Assembly (NCBI GenBank): GCA_031400775.1
Contig: JANNQN010000055.1
Span: forward strand, 9,056 to 73,055
DNA length: 64,000 nucleotides
Source: Planctomycetia bacterium
Lineage (GTDB): Bacteria; Planctomycetota; Planctomycetia; Pirellulales; PALSA-1355
Direction: 5' to 3'
The notes under the pieces are model-generated. The model worked only from the letters and a program-made list of their open reading frames with translations. It was not told the DNA's origin and did no database searches. Of this stretch, positions 1-8,229 are shown in pieces (the first letter of the stretch is position 1; each line of letters starts with the position of its first letter). A program made the translations under genes and the position numbers.

Positions 1-106
1 AAAGCCGTCAGAGGGAACAGAGGCCCTTGGAAGAAACGCGCAGAGAAACGCCGCCTGTGGAGGTGTACCAGGCGGCCAGCGCGCTCTCAGCCAATCGCTA
101 ACGACG

Positions 107-1132
107 CTAGCGGGGCTTCATCCGGCGATGTCGACCGGCGCGGGTCAACGGGAAGTCCGACTCCGACTCGGCCTCGATCTGCGCCAGCATGCGGGTCAGG
201 GTGTTGGCGTGAACGCCCAGCAGCTTGGCAGCGCGCCCCTTGTGGCCGCGGGTGGTTTGCAGGGCCTGATGAATCGCCGCGGAACGCAGTCGGCCCAGAT
301 CCGTGTAGGGCAGCGTCACGTCCAGCGGCATCACCGGATCGGAGGTCGGCAAATTCGGAGCGCAATCGAGCACGTAGGACTGCTCGATCACGTGCGACAA
401 TTGCCGCACGTTGCCGGGCCAGGGAAATTCGCAAAACCGCTTGAGCGTGACGGGATCGGGCCGCCACAGCGGGCGTTTGTAGCGCTCGGCGAATCGGCGC
501 GAAAAGAACTCGACCAGCTCGGGAATGTCTTCGACCCGATCGCGCAGCGGGGGAACCTTCAATTCCACCATATTCAGGCGGTAATAAAGGTCTTCGCGGA
601 ACCGGCCGTCCATGACTTCCGACTCCAAATCGCGATTCGTGGCCGCGATAATCTGCACGTTGATCGGCACCGGATAAGCGGCCCCGACCGGAGTGACTTC
701 GCGCTGCTGCAAGACACGCAATAGCTTGGGTTGCAACTCTAGCGGCATTTCGCCGACTTCGTCCAGAAACACCGTGCCACCTTCGGCGGCACGGAACACG
801 CCAGCAGAACGGCCCGCGGCGCCTGTGAACGAGCCCTTCTCGTGGCCGAACAGTTGGCTCTCGGCCAACGTGACTGTTAGCGCGGCGCAGTTCACGGGAA
901 TGAACGGTTTTTTTGCGCGAGGGCCGTGCTCGTGAATCAACTGAGCCCAGAGTTCCTTGCCCGTGCCGGTCTCGCCCGAAATGAGCACGGTGCAATCGGC
1001 TGCGGCTGCGCGTTCAGCATGTCGCGCAATTTGTCGAACCGCAAGATTTTGCCCCAACACCCAATCGGCCGCGCCACGTTGGGCGGCAATCCGACCATCG
1101 ATGCTGGGTGCAATCGACGAATGATCAGCCAT
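107..1132 (-). CDS. sigma-54-dependent transcriptional activator (bacterial enhancer-binding protein): AAA+ core plus C-terminal Fis-type HTH, with no receiver or sensor domain
   Basis: 341-aa ORF. Walker A 'GETGTGKE'; sigma-54 contact loop 'EKGSFTGA' (GAFTGA variant); Walker B 'GTVFLDEVGE'; 'RFREDLYYRL'. C-terminal HTH 'GHKGRAAKLLGVHANTLTRML'. Only about 40 aa precede the AAA+ core. Confidence 0.9.
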   Translation of the reverse strand: MADHSSIAPSIDGRIAAQRGAADWVLGQNLAVRQIARHAERAAAADCTVLISGETGTGKELWAQLIHEHGPRAKKPFIPVNCAALTVTLAESQLFGHEKGSFTGAAGRSAGVFRAAEGGTVFLDEVGEMPLELQPKLLRVLQQREVTPVGAAYPVPINVQIIAATNRDLESEVMDGRFREDLYYRLNMVELKVPPLRDRVEDIPELVEFFSRRFAERYKRPLWRPDPVTLKRFCEFPWPGNVRQLSHVIEQSYVLDCAPNLPTSDPVMPLDVTLPYTDLGRLRSAAIHQALQTTRGHKGRAAKLLGVHANTLTRMLAQIEAESESDFPLTRAGRHRRMKPR

Positions 1133-1328
1133 TGAATCCAGATGCCTTTAGCTTTGAATCGGCGCGATTGCCCCTTGCAACCGATTCCTCGTTCCTGAGC
1201 TTCCCCCCGGCAGGTCTTGACCGTGGAAACGCCCCTTCAGTTCATTAGCGACTACCGACCCGCGAATTGATGGTGCAAAAACACCCTTGGACCCCTCGTG
1301 TCCAAACGGCCCTTATTTTAGGCAGGAT

Positions 1329-1350
1329 TCAAAAGTAATGCAACTTTTGA
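1329..1350. repeat. perfect 8-6-8 A/T-rich palindrome TCAAAAGT-aatgca-ACTTTTGA (candidate operator)
   Basis: Read directly: 1329-1336 is the exact reverse complement of 1343-1350. It lies in the A/T-rich gap between the methyltransferase stop (1492) and the activator start (1132). Confidence 0.6.
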
Positions 1351-1491
1351 CTCGTAGTCTTCAACCATTTAACGGGTTAGCGCAATTCCAATGGTCAAAG
1401 GGGCCACAAATGCTAGACATGAAATGGCATATTGGCTGGCTGCTAAGGAACCGCTGAAAAAAGCCATCGATTCCCCATACAAATACCACCC

Positions 1492-2259
1492 TTATGGCAG
1501 ATCCCGCCGCTCGAAGAACATCAGATGCTGCCAGGGCAATTTGTCGAACTGCTCCACCAGCTTGAACCCGTTGGGAGGTATTTCTTTAAGAATTTGCTTC
1601 TTGCTCATCTTGTGCAGCAGTTTGATCGGCACGTTGGGGTCCTCCAGTCGGAATTCGACCAATGCGATTCGTCCCCCGGGCTTGAGCGATTGCCGCATCG
1701 CCTTGAGCATGGCCTCGGGGTGCGAAAACTCGTGATACACGTCGACTAGCAGAATCAGGTCGATTTCGCCCGCCGGCAGTTTTGGATCGATGGGCGTGCC
1801 CTCGATCAGCTCGATGTTGCCGATCTGCTCGGCTTTGGCCCGTTCGTCGAGCATGTGCAGCATTTCCGGCTGAATATCGACGGCCAAGACGCGACCCCCC
1901 TCGCCCGCCAGCCGGGCAAGCTGCAGCGTGTAGAATCCGTTGCCGCAGCCCATATCGCACACCACCTGGCCGGGTTTCACATCCAGGGCCTTGAGCAGCG
2001 TGGCGCAGTCTTCCTCGCGTTGCCGCTCGTCGTGCATCAGCCACGGCGCGCCGAGATAGTGCATCGTGACCGCAATTTCTCGACCTTTATAGCCCTTCTT
2101 GGCCCGCGGAATCGCTGGATCCACATCGCGCGCGGGCGACGAGTCGTCCTCTTGAGCCCCCACAAGTTGCCGCGATTCGAACAGGCAACAAGCGGCCGTG
2201 AGGCACGCGCAACAACACACCATCCACTTGTAAACACGGGCGGATAAACTTCGCTTCAT
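1492..2259 (-). CDS. class I SAM-dependent methyltransferase with N-terminal signal/anchor
   Basis: 255-aa ORF. Hydrophobic Cys-rich N-terminus 'WMVCCCACLTAACCLF'. SAM motif I 'VVCDMGCGNGFYTLQLA'; 'VLAVDIQPEML'; 'DLILLVDVYHEF'. Confidence 0.8.
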   Translation of the reverse strand: MKRSLSARVYKWMVCCCACLTAACCLFESRQLVGAQEDDSSPARDVDPAIPRAKKGYKGREIAVTMHYLGAPWLMHDERQREEDCATLLKALDVKPGQVVCDMGCGNGFYTLQLARLAGEGGRVLAVDIQPEMLHMLDERAKAEQIGNIELIEGTPIDPKLPAGEIDLILLVDVYHEFSHPEAMLKAMRQSLKPGGRIALVEFRLEDPNVPIKLLHKMSKKQILKEIPPNGFKLVEQFDKLPWQHLMFFERRDLP

Positions 2260-2511
2260 GATGATCGAACCTTGCCTGGTGACATTCCCGCGGCGTTTTC
2301 GATGCCGCTGGCGCCGTGCTCTTATAATAACCGGTCAACAGGACGCTCGCCGCTCGTTCGGCGCGAGAAATCACCGTGCGAGGAGTCGGCGCGGAGCCTT
2401 GAAACGCGACGATCGCCGGTTGTCTCGACCGATTTCACGCTTTTGGGACGACCCACGTTCGGGCTACAATCGCCGCAGCCGGCCGTCGAGCTGGCCCAAA
2501 CGAGCGGCACG

Positions 2512-3750
2512 ATGGCAACTTTGCAGAATCAACCGATTGAAACTCCGGGCGTCGATGCGGCCACACACGCCGCGGGTGCGCCTCACGCCGCCACGCCTCG
2601 CGAGCAATTCATTCCGCTCAGGCGGGCGGCGCTGGTCGAAACCCTGGCCGGATTATCGCCTCAATCGGGCGGCGCCGCGGAGGGCTTTCGCCGCCTGTGC
2701 CGCGTGCTTCAGGCAGTCTTGCACGGCGAATACTTGCCGAAGCTCGAAGAATTGAAGGAAGCCTACGCCGCCTTCGATCCGGATCTCGACACGCGGGCCG
2801 TCGTCGGACTTTCCGACGCCGAGCGCGACGAGCGACGGCAGAAGCTATTCGATCAGTTCAACTGGCTGCTCGAGCGCGGCAACTTTACACGACTCACGCG
2901 CGAGCATATCGAACATTCCCTATCCGACGCCAGCCATTGGGGCTTGAACCTGACGGTCGACTTCGAGTTGTTCGAGCGACTCGAAGTGTACTCGCGCGGC
3001 GACACGATCGGCACCCGCTTTCGACGCCGTCTGAGAAACCGTTTCAAGATCGAAGCCGTCGACGTGCCAATCTACGAGCGGCTGGTGCTGATCTTTCGTT
3101 TCCGCCCCGGCCGCCGGTTCTCGAAGCTGTTGGATACCGACGACGTTTACATCAAGCTCTTCAAGGAGATTCCAAAGCTCGACCTGGACATGCTCCTCCC
3201 CGAAACCCGCGTCCGGATGTCACTCGTCGACCGCGCGAAGATCATGTTTCCGACGCTCTCGGGCATGTCGCTGGCGGCGATCAAGATCATCCTGGCGTGG
3301 GGCTCGACGCTGGCCATGTGGGGACTGATCGGCGGAACCTTGGGCTATGGCGTCCGCTCGGTTTACGGGTACCTCAACACCAAGCAAAAGTACCAGCTCA
3401 ATCTGACCCAAAGCCTGTACTATCAGAACATCGATAACAACGCCGGCGTGCTGCACCGCATTCTGGACGAAGCCGAGGAGCAGGAGAGCCGCGAGACGAT
3501 CCTGGCCTACTACTTCTTGTGGACAAGTCACGCGCCGGAGGGCCTGACGGCTGACGAGCTCGATCGACAAATTGAGGCGTTTTTGCGGACCGAAGCCGCC
3601 CGCGAAGTCGATTTCGAGATCGTCGATGCACTGGCGAAGCTGGAGCGATTCGGCATCGTCGAGCGCGGTCCGGGCGACAAGTGGAAGGCGGTGGAGATCG
3701 ATCGGGCGCTCGAGGCGCTGCGTCGCTTTTGGGGCGGGTTGCTTTCGTAG
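2512..3750 (+). CDS. DUF3754/TMEM143-like membrane protein (function unknown)
   Basis: Long ORF 2272-3750. The first internal ATG at 2512 ('MATLQNQ') removes an Arg/Ser-rich leader. 'DDVYIKLFKEIPKLDLDMLLPE' is followed by two predicted TM helices ('LSGMSLAAIKIILAWGSTLAMWGLIGGTLGYG'). Family assignment is from memory of DUF3754 motifs. Confidence 0.6.
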   Translation: MATLQNQPIETPGVDAATHAAGAPHAATPREQFIPLRRAALVETLAGLSPQSGGAAEGFRRLCRVLQAVLHGEYLPKLEELKEAYAAFDPDLDTRAVVGLSDAERDERRQKLFDQFNWLLERGNFTRLTREHIEHSLSDASHWGLNLTVDFELFERLEVYSRGDTIGTRFRRRLRNRFKIEAVDVPIYERLVLIFRFRPGRRFSKLLDTDDVYIKLFKEIPKLDLDMLLPETRVRMSLVDRAKIMFPTLSGMSLAAIKIILAWGSTLAMWGLIGGTLGYGVRSVYGYLNTKQKYQLNLTQSLYYQNIDNNAGVLHRILDEAEEQESRETILAYYFLWTSHAPEGLTADELDRQIEAFLRTEAAREVDFEIVDALAKLERFGIVERGPGDKWKAVEIDRALEALRRFWGGLLS

Positions 3751-3792
3751 CGCCGGTGCAATGCAGCGCCGCGACGAAGGCGCGTATCGCTT

Positions 3793-4266
3793 TCAGGCCA
3801 ATTGGCCGTAGCCGCCGCGAAAATACAGGAGCGGTTTTCCTTCGGCGACCGAGGTGGCTTCGACGGTGCCGATGACGATCGTGTGGTCGCCGCCCGGCAA
3901 CAGCTCGGTGATGCGGCATTCCACGGTGGCGATGGCCCCCGCGATGAGCGGCGCGCCGCTCGTGCCTTCTCGATACCCGATCTCGCGAAACTGGTCGGGC
4001 TCGCTGGATGCGAAGCGGCGCGAGACAAACTCCTGATCCTGGGCCAGCATGTTCACCGCGAAGGCGCCGCCGACTTGCAGTCGGTCGTGAATGCGAGCGC
4101 GCTTGTCGATGCAGATCAAGGCCAGCGGCGGATCGAGCGACAGCGAACTGAAGGCCGTCACCGTGATTCCGACCGCTTGACCGTCGGCGAGCTTCGCCGT
4201 GACGACCGTAACGCCGGCGGCAAAGTGCCCCAAGGCTCGGCGAAATTCAGCTTTTTCGACAGGCAC
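3793..4266 (-). CDS. flavin reductase family protein (FMN-binding split barrel)
   Basis: 'FRRALGHFAAGVTVVTA', 'ITVTAFSSLSLDPPLALICI', 'DHTIVIGTVEA'. GTG at 4266 has 'GAAGGAGA' 7 nt upstream. The ORF-track start at 4407 adds 47 non-conserved residues. Confidence 0.85.
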   Translation of the reverse strand: MPVEKAEFRRALGHFAAGVTVVTAKLADGQAVGITVTAFSSLSLDPPLALICIDKRARIHDRLQVGGAFAVNMLAQDQEFVSRRFASSEPDQFREIGYREGTSGAPLIAGAIATVECRITELLPGGDHTIVIGTVEATSVAEGKPLLYFRGGYGQLA

Positions 4267-4510
4267 GTTGGATTCTCCTTCGATCGCATGAAGTTTGCGC
4301 GTCGCACGAATGAAATTGGTCGCCGCATTCCCCTGAAGATAACGCGGCGCCGCGACGATGGGCAGTGTTTTGCGATAAAAATAAACTGGTGAAAACTTTT
4401 TTCGCAATGCCTCGATCTCTTTGACCGTAGTACTTTACGCCGCGCGCGAGCGTCGCAGACAGCGGCCGAATCCTTGACGCTTTCGGGAATTGCTCGCTAA
4501 GCTGAGCCGC

Positions 4511-4540
4511 ACGCCTGCCAACCGTGCAGGCGTTTTTGTT
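4511..4540 (+). terminator. orphan rho-independent terminator-like hairpin (ACGCCTGC-caaccgt-GCAGGCGT followed by TTTTGTT)
   Basis: 8-bp perfect GC-rich stem, 7-nt loop and a U-rich tail on the plus strand. No plus-strand CDS lies upstream. It sits between the divergent genes at 3793-4266(-) and 4793-5083(+). Confidence 0.5.
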
Positions 4541-4792
4541 CGAGTCGATTGCACTGCCCCTTGCGGGCCGCGCGACGCTCGCATGTGCGAGGTTCCACGG
4601 AAGGGCCTCTTGTTGCCGCGTGGACGGGACGCCGCGCTCTCGCCGATTTTCCGGCGACGAAATTGCTTGCTGAATTTACGGCTGGAACGATTGTCACTTC
4701 CGGCCGACGACAAGCCTTCTTCAAACTGCAAACCACAACGGTCATTGAGCGATAGGAGTTCGTGTTTTCGTTTCCAAGTCTAGGAGGATTTC

Positions 4793-5083
4793 TTGATGCG
4801 AAGTAAATTTGGAGTCGGTGTCATCGCGTTGGCCGCGGCCACCCTGGTGTTGAGCGAGGCCCAATCGTTCGCGGGTCGCCGCCACGGATGTTCGAGTTGC
4901 GGATCGGCCGGTGGATGCACCGCTGCCGCGGCGCCGGATCATGCCAGCACGACGGCCCCGGCTGAGGGCTCGGCCCCGGCAGTTGCCGCCGCGCCCTCGC
5001 AACCGTCGGCTTCGGTCGCCGTGATGACCACTTCCAATACCCGCTACCGAGCCAACGGCCGCCGCGGATTTTCCCGCCGCTAA
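4793..5083 (+). CDS. small secreted protein (hypothetical), Ala/Pro/Ser-rich with a CxxC pair
   Basis: 96-aa ORF. Strong SD 'AGGAGGA' just upstream. Signal peptide 'MMRSKFGVGVIALAAATLVLSEAQS'; 'GCSSCGSAGGC'. A strong terminator follows at 5118-5159. Confidence 0.6.
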   Translation: MMRSKFGVGVIALAAATLVLSEAQSFAGRRHGCSSCGSAGGCTAAAAPDHASTTAPAEGSAPAVAAAPSQPSASVAVMTTSNTRYRANGRRGFSRR

Positions 5084-5117
5084 AAGTGACTCGGCCGCGA
5101 TGATTCGCAACCACGAC

Positions 5118-5159
5118 GCCGGGAGCGCAAGCCCGTATTGCGCTCCCGGCCTTTTTTTC
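5118..5159 (+). terminator. rho-independent terminator
   Basis: 12-bp perfect stem GCCGGGAGCGCA/TGCGCTCCCGGC, 9-nt loop, then C+T7. Confidence 0.8.
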
Positions 5160-5346
5160 GCGCCTGGGCGGAGCACTGTTTCGCAAAGGCCGCACAGCTT
5201 CGCAATGGGCACACATCCGCCGGTCGGGTCAAAGCCGGCGGGACATTTCGCCATCAGCCTTGTAAGATAAGTGGAGCCGGGGCACACCGCCGACGCATGT
5301 GCCCCGGGGCGCTGGCGGCACGCTGCCGAACCCGCGCAACGCTTGG

Positions 5347-7296
5347 ATGGGAAAAAACTTCATGCCAGATGCCGCTCGTGGATTTGCCGGGCTACGGGTT
5401 GCCGCGTTCGAAAGTCGCCGCGCCAGCGAAATGACCAGCCTGATCGAGCGCTTCGGCGGAGTTGCCTCGGTGAGCCCCTCGATGCGCGAAGTCGCGATCG
5501 CGGAGAATCGCGAGGCCATCGATTTCGCCCATCGCGTCATGACCGGCGGCATCGACATCATCGTCTTCATGACCGGCGTGGGCATTCGCCACCTGATGGC
5601 CGAAGTCGAACGGCACGTCGACCGGCAGCGGCTGCTGGCCGCGATCTCGGACATCACGACGATCGTTCGCGGTCCCAAGCCGGTTGCCGCGCTGAAAGAG
5701 CTTGGCCTGCAGCCCACGTATCGTGCGCCCGAGCCGAACACTTGGCGCGAGGTGCTTTCGACGATCGACCAAAACGTCAACGTCGGCCAGCAGACCGTCG
5801 GCTTGCAAGAGTATGGACAGCCGAACGCCAGTCTCGTGGCGGGACTCGAAGCGCGCGGGGCACACGTGCATTGCCTCAAGGTCTATCGCTGGGACCTGCC
5901 GCTCGATTTGGGCCCGCTCGAATCCAACGTGCGGGCCTTGGCCGCCGGTGACATTGACGTGGCGATGTTCACCTCCAGCCACCAGGTTGTGAACATGCTG
6001 CGGATGGCGGAAGAATTGCAGCTCACGGCGCAGCTTCGGCAGGGAATCTCGCGGGCGATCATCGCTTCGATCGGCCCGACCACGACCGAGACACTGCACG
6101 AGCTTGACTTTCGCGTGGATGTGGAACCGCAGCACTCGAAGATGGGGCAACTCGTGGCCGCGGCGGCCGGCAGGGCAGGGGAGCTGGCGCGCGGTGCGCG
6201 GCCGGCAGCCGTCCCTCGCGCAGCGACGGTCGCGGGCGAGATCTCCACGACATCGATCGTTCGGGGCGCCTGGGACGACGGTCCCTTCATGCGCGCCTGC
6301 CGACGCGAGCCGACCGATCGCGTTCCCATCTGGCTGATGCGTCAAGCCGGCCGGTACATGAGCGAGTATCGCGCGATTCGCGAGAAGACCACGTTTCTCG
6401 AGCTTTGCAAGAATCCGGCACTGTGCGCCGAGGTGATGATTACCGCGGTGAACCGCTTGAACGTCGACGCGGCCATTATTTTTTCTGACTTGCTGCCGAT
6501 CCTGGAGCCGATGGGGCTGGAGCTTGAGTTCACCTCCGGCGACGGACCGGCGATCCACAATCCGCTGCGCGAGGCTCGCGATCTCGAGCGATTTCGCGAA
6601 TTGGAATCGGTCGAGCCGTTGAGCTTCGTGACCGAAACGGTGACGCTAACCCGCGCCGGACTGCCTGAGCAGATTCCAGTAATCGGCTTCGCTGGGGCGC
6701 CGTTTACCTTGGCCAGCTACGCCATCGAAGGAGGCGGCAGCCGCAACTATCTGCACACGAAGGCGCTCATGTATCGCGATTCGGGCGTTTGGAACGAGAT
6801 CATGGCGCGGCTGGCCCGCGCGGTCACTCGTTACTTGAACGCCCAAATCGCCGCGGGTGCACAGGCCGTGCAACTTTTCGACAGTTGGGTCGGGTGCCTG
6901 GGGCCGGACGACTATCGCCGCTTCGTATTGCCCCACACCAAGGCAATCATCGACGGGCTGCCGCAGGGCGTACCGGTGATTCACTTCGCCGCGGGCAATC
7001 CGGCTCTGTTGCCGCTGGCGGCCGAGGCCGGCGGGGGCGTGATGGGCATCGACTGGCGGGTGGCGCTCGACGATGCCTGGCGAGCCGTGGGCCACGACCG
7101 GGCCGTCCAGGGCAACCTGGACCCTGCCGTGTTGCTCTCGGACCGCGAGCAGATTCGCCGTCAAGCCCAGGAAGTGCTGGCCCGCGCTGCCGGCCGGCCG
7201 GGACACATATTCAACCTGGGGCACGGCGTGCTGCAACAAACGCCGGTCGACAACGTGCTGTACCTGATTGAAACGGTACGCGAGCTAACCGGTTAG
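5347..7296 (+). CDS. hemE: bifunctional uroporphyrinogen-III synthase (HemD-like N-terminal half) / uroporphyrinogen decarboxylase (HemE C-terminal half)
   Basis: The N-terminal ~260 aa have HEM4-like features ('GLRVAAFESRRASEMTSLIERFGG', 'IIASIGPTTTETL'). The C-terminal ~345 aa carry HemE signatures 'PIWLMRQAGRYMSEYR', 'FDSWVGCL', 'IFNLGHGV'. Start is ATG 5347 or 5362; the ORF-track start is 5299. Confidence 0.85.
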   Translation: MGKNFMPDAARGFAGLRVAAFESRRASEMTSLIERFGGVASVSPSMREVAIAENREAIDFAHRVMTGGIDIIVFMTGVGIRHLMAEVERHVDRQRLLAAISDITTIVRGPKPVAALKELGLQPTYRAPEPNTWREVLSTIDQNVNVGQQTVGLQEYGQPNASLVAGLEARGAHVHCLKVYRWDLPLDLGPLESNVRALAAGDIDVAMFTSSHQVVNMLRMAEELQLTAQLRQGISRAIIASIGPTTTETLHELDFRVDVEPQHSKMGQLVAAAAGRAGELARGARPAAVPRAATVAGEISTTSIVRGAWDDGPFMRACRREPTDRVPIWLMRQAGRYMSEYRAIREKTTFLELCKNPALCAEVMITAVNRLNVDAAIIFSDLLPILEPMGLELEFTSGDGPAIHNPLREARDLERFRELESVEPLSFVTETVTLTRAGLPEQIPVIGFAGAPFTLASYAIEGGGSRNYLHTKALMYRDSGVWNEIMARLARAVTRYLNAQIAAGAQAVQLFDSWVGCLGPDDYRRFVLPHTKAIIDGLPQGVPVIHFAAGNPALLPLAAEAGGGVMGIDWRVALDDAWRAVGHDRAVQGNLDPAVLLSDREQIRRQAQEVLARAAGRPGHIFNLGHGVLQQTPVDNVLYLIETVRELTG

Positions 7297-7320
7297 TCTC
7301 GCGGCCGGCAAATCAACCTC

Positions 7321-7989
7321 TTAACCTCGACGCGGCGACCTGCCGCCAAATTTGCCCAGGCATATTGTCAACATTCCGACGCCCCACAGCGCGATCGTGC
7401 TGGGCTCCGGCACGATGTGGGCTTCCTGGAGAAATACGATTTCGGCCACCGCCATCAGCGGAACAAAGGGGATCGCCTGATACACGCCGCCGAAGTCGAT
7501 GACGTTTCCGCCATAACTCAGGTCGGGAAGCGTGGGAACCTGCGGGCCCAGGATTTGGGTTAATGCGCCAGTGAAGCCGCCGGTGTTGATGATCGGCGCA
7601 AATTCGGCCGAGAGGACAAAAGTGCCTTGAGAAACTCGCAAATCCGCGGGATCGCGGGTGTCGTTTCCGTCGACGTTGAAAAAGAACTCGTACGTTCCGC
7701 TGTAGTTGATCGTGTTGCCAGCGATACTGTCGATGATGCCGGCAATCGTATAGCCGATCGCTGCCACTTGAGCCGGGGTCAACTGAATGTCGGCCGGGGA
7801 GTCGGGCTCGAACGTGGAAAAAGTGCCCACCTTAACGGAAAACGAATCGCCCGGACTTTTGCCCGGTGCTCCGACGTCGGTTTGACTCACCGCATCGAAA
7901 TTGGTGGTAAATGTGTACCCAGCCAAGGCCGGGGTGGTGACCGTCAGACAAACGGCCCCGATGAGAAATCGCAAGATCTCGACGCGCAT
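7321..7989 (-). CDS. PEP-CTERM sorting-domain secreted protein (hypothetical)
   Basis: Signal peptide from the internal ATG ('MRVEILRFLIGAVCLTVTTPALA'). C-terminal 'VPEPSTIALWGVGMLTICLGKFGGRSPRRG' is a PEP motif plus TM helix plus basic tail. Confidence 0.8.
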   Translation of the reverse strand: MRVEILRFLIGAVCLTVTTPALAGYTFTTNFDAVSQTDVGAPGKSPGDSFSVKVGTFSTFEPDSPADIQLTPAQVAAIGYTIAGIIDSIAGNTINYSGTYEFFFNVDGNDTRDPADLRVSQGTFVLSAEFAPIINTGGFTGALTQILGPQVPTLPDLSYGGNVIDFGGVYQAIPFVPLMAVAEIVFLQEAHIVPEPSTIALWGVGMLTICLGKFGGRSPRRG

Positions 7990-8229
7990 ACGCTCTGCCC
8001 TCGTGCTAATAGGAATGAATCCGCGGTGCACCGCAGCGAGCCTCGAAGAGCTCGACTGCACCAGTTGGATCGCAAAACCATTAGCAACTCAGAGAGAGCA
8101 AAAACACGCCTCAAGAAGCCCCTTGTATAGCGAATTATGTGCCAATTCGGCAATGGCGCCAGCGTCAAAATCGTTTTCGTCGGGCACGAAAGGGGGGATG
8201 GCGGCCGTGAAGGGGGCACTTCACACCGA

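Noticed and set aside
4602-4617. GG-N10-TTGC match (AGGGCCTCTTGTTGCC) upstream of the small secreted-protein gene.
   Set aside because: - The -24 half is GGGCC rather than GGCAC.
- It lies 175 nt from the start.
- It is weaker than the gln sites.
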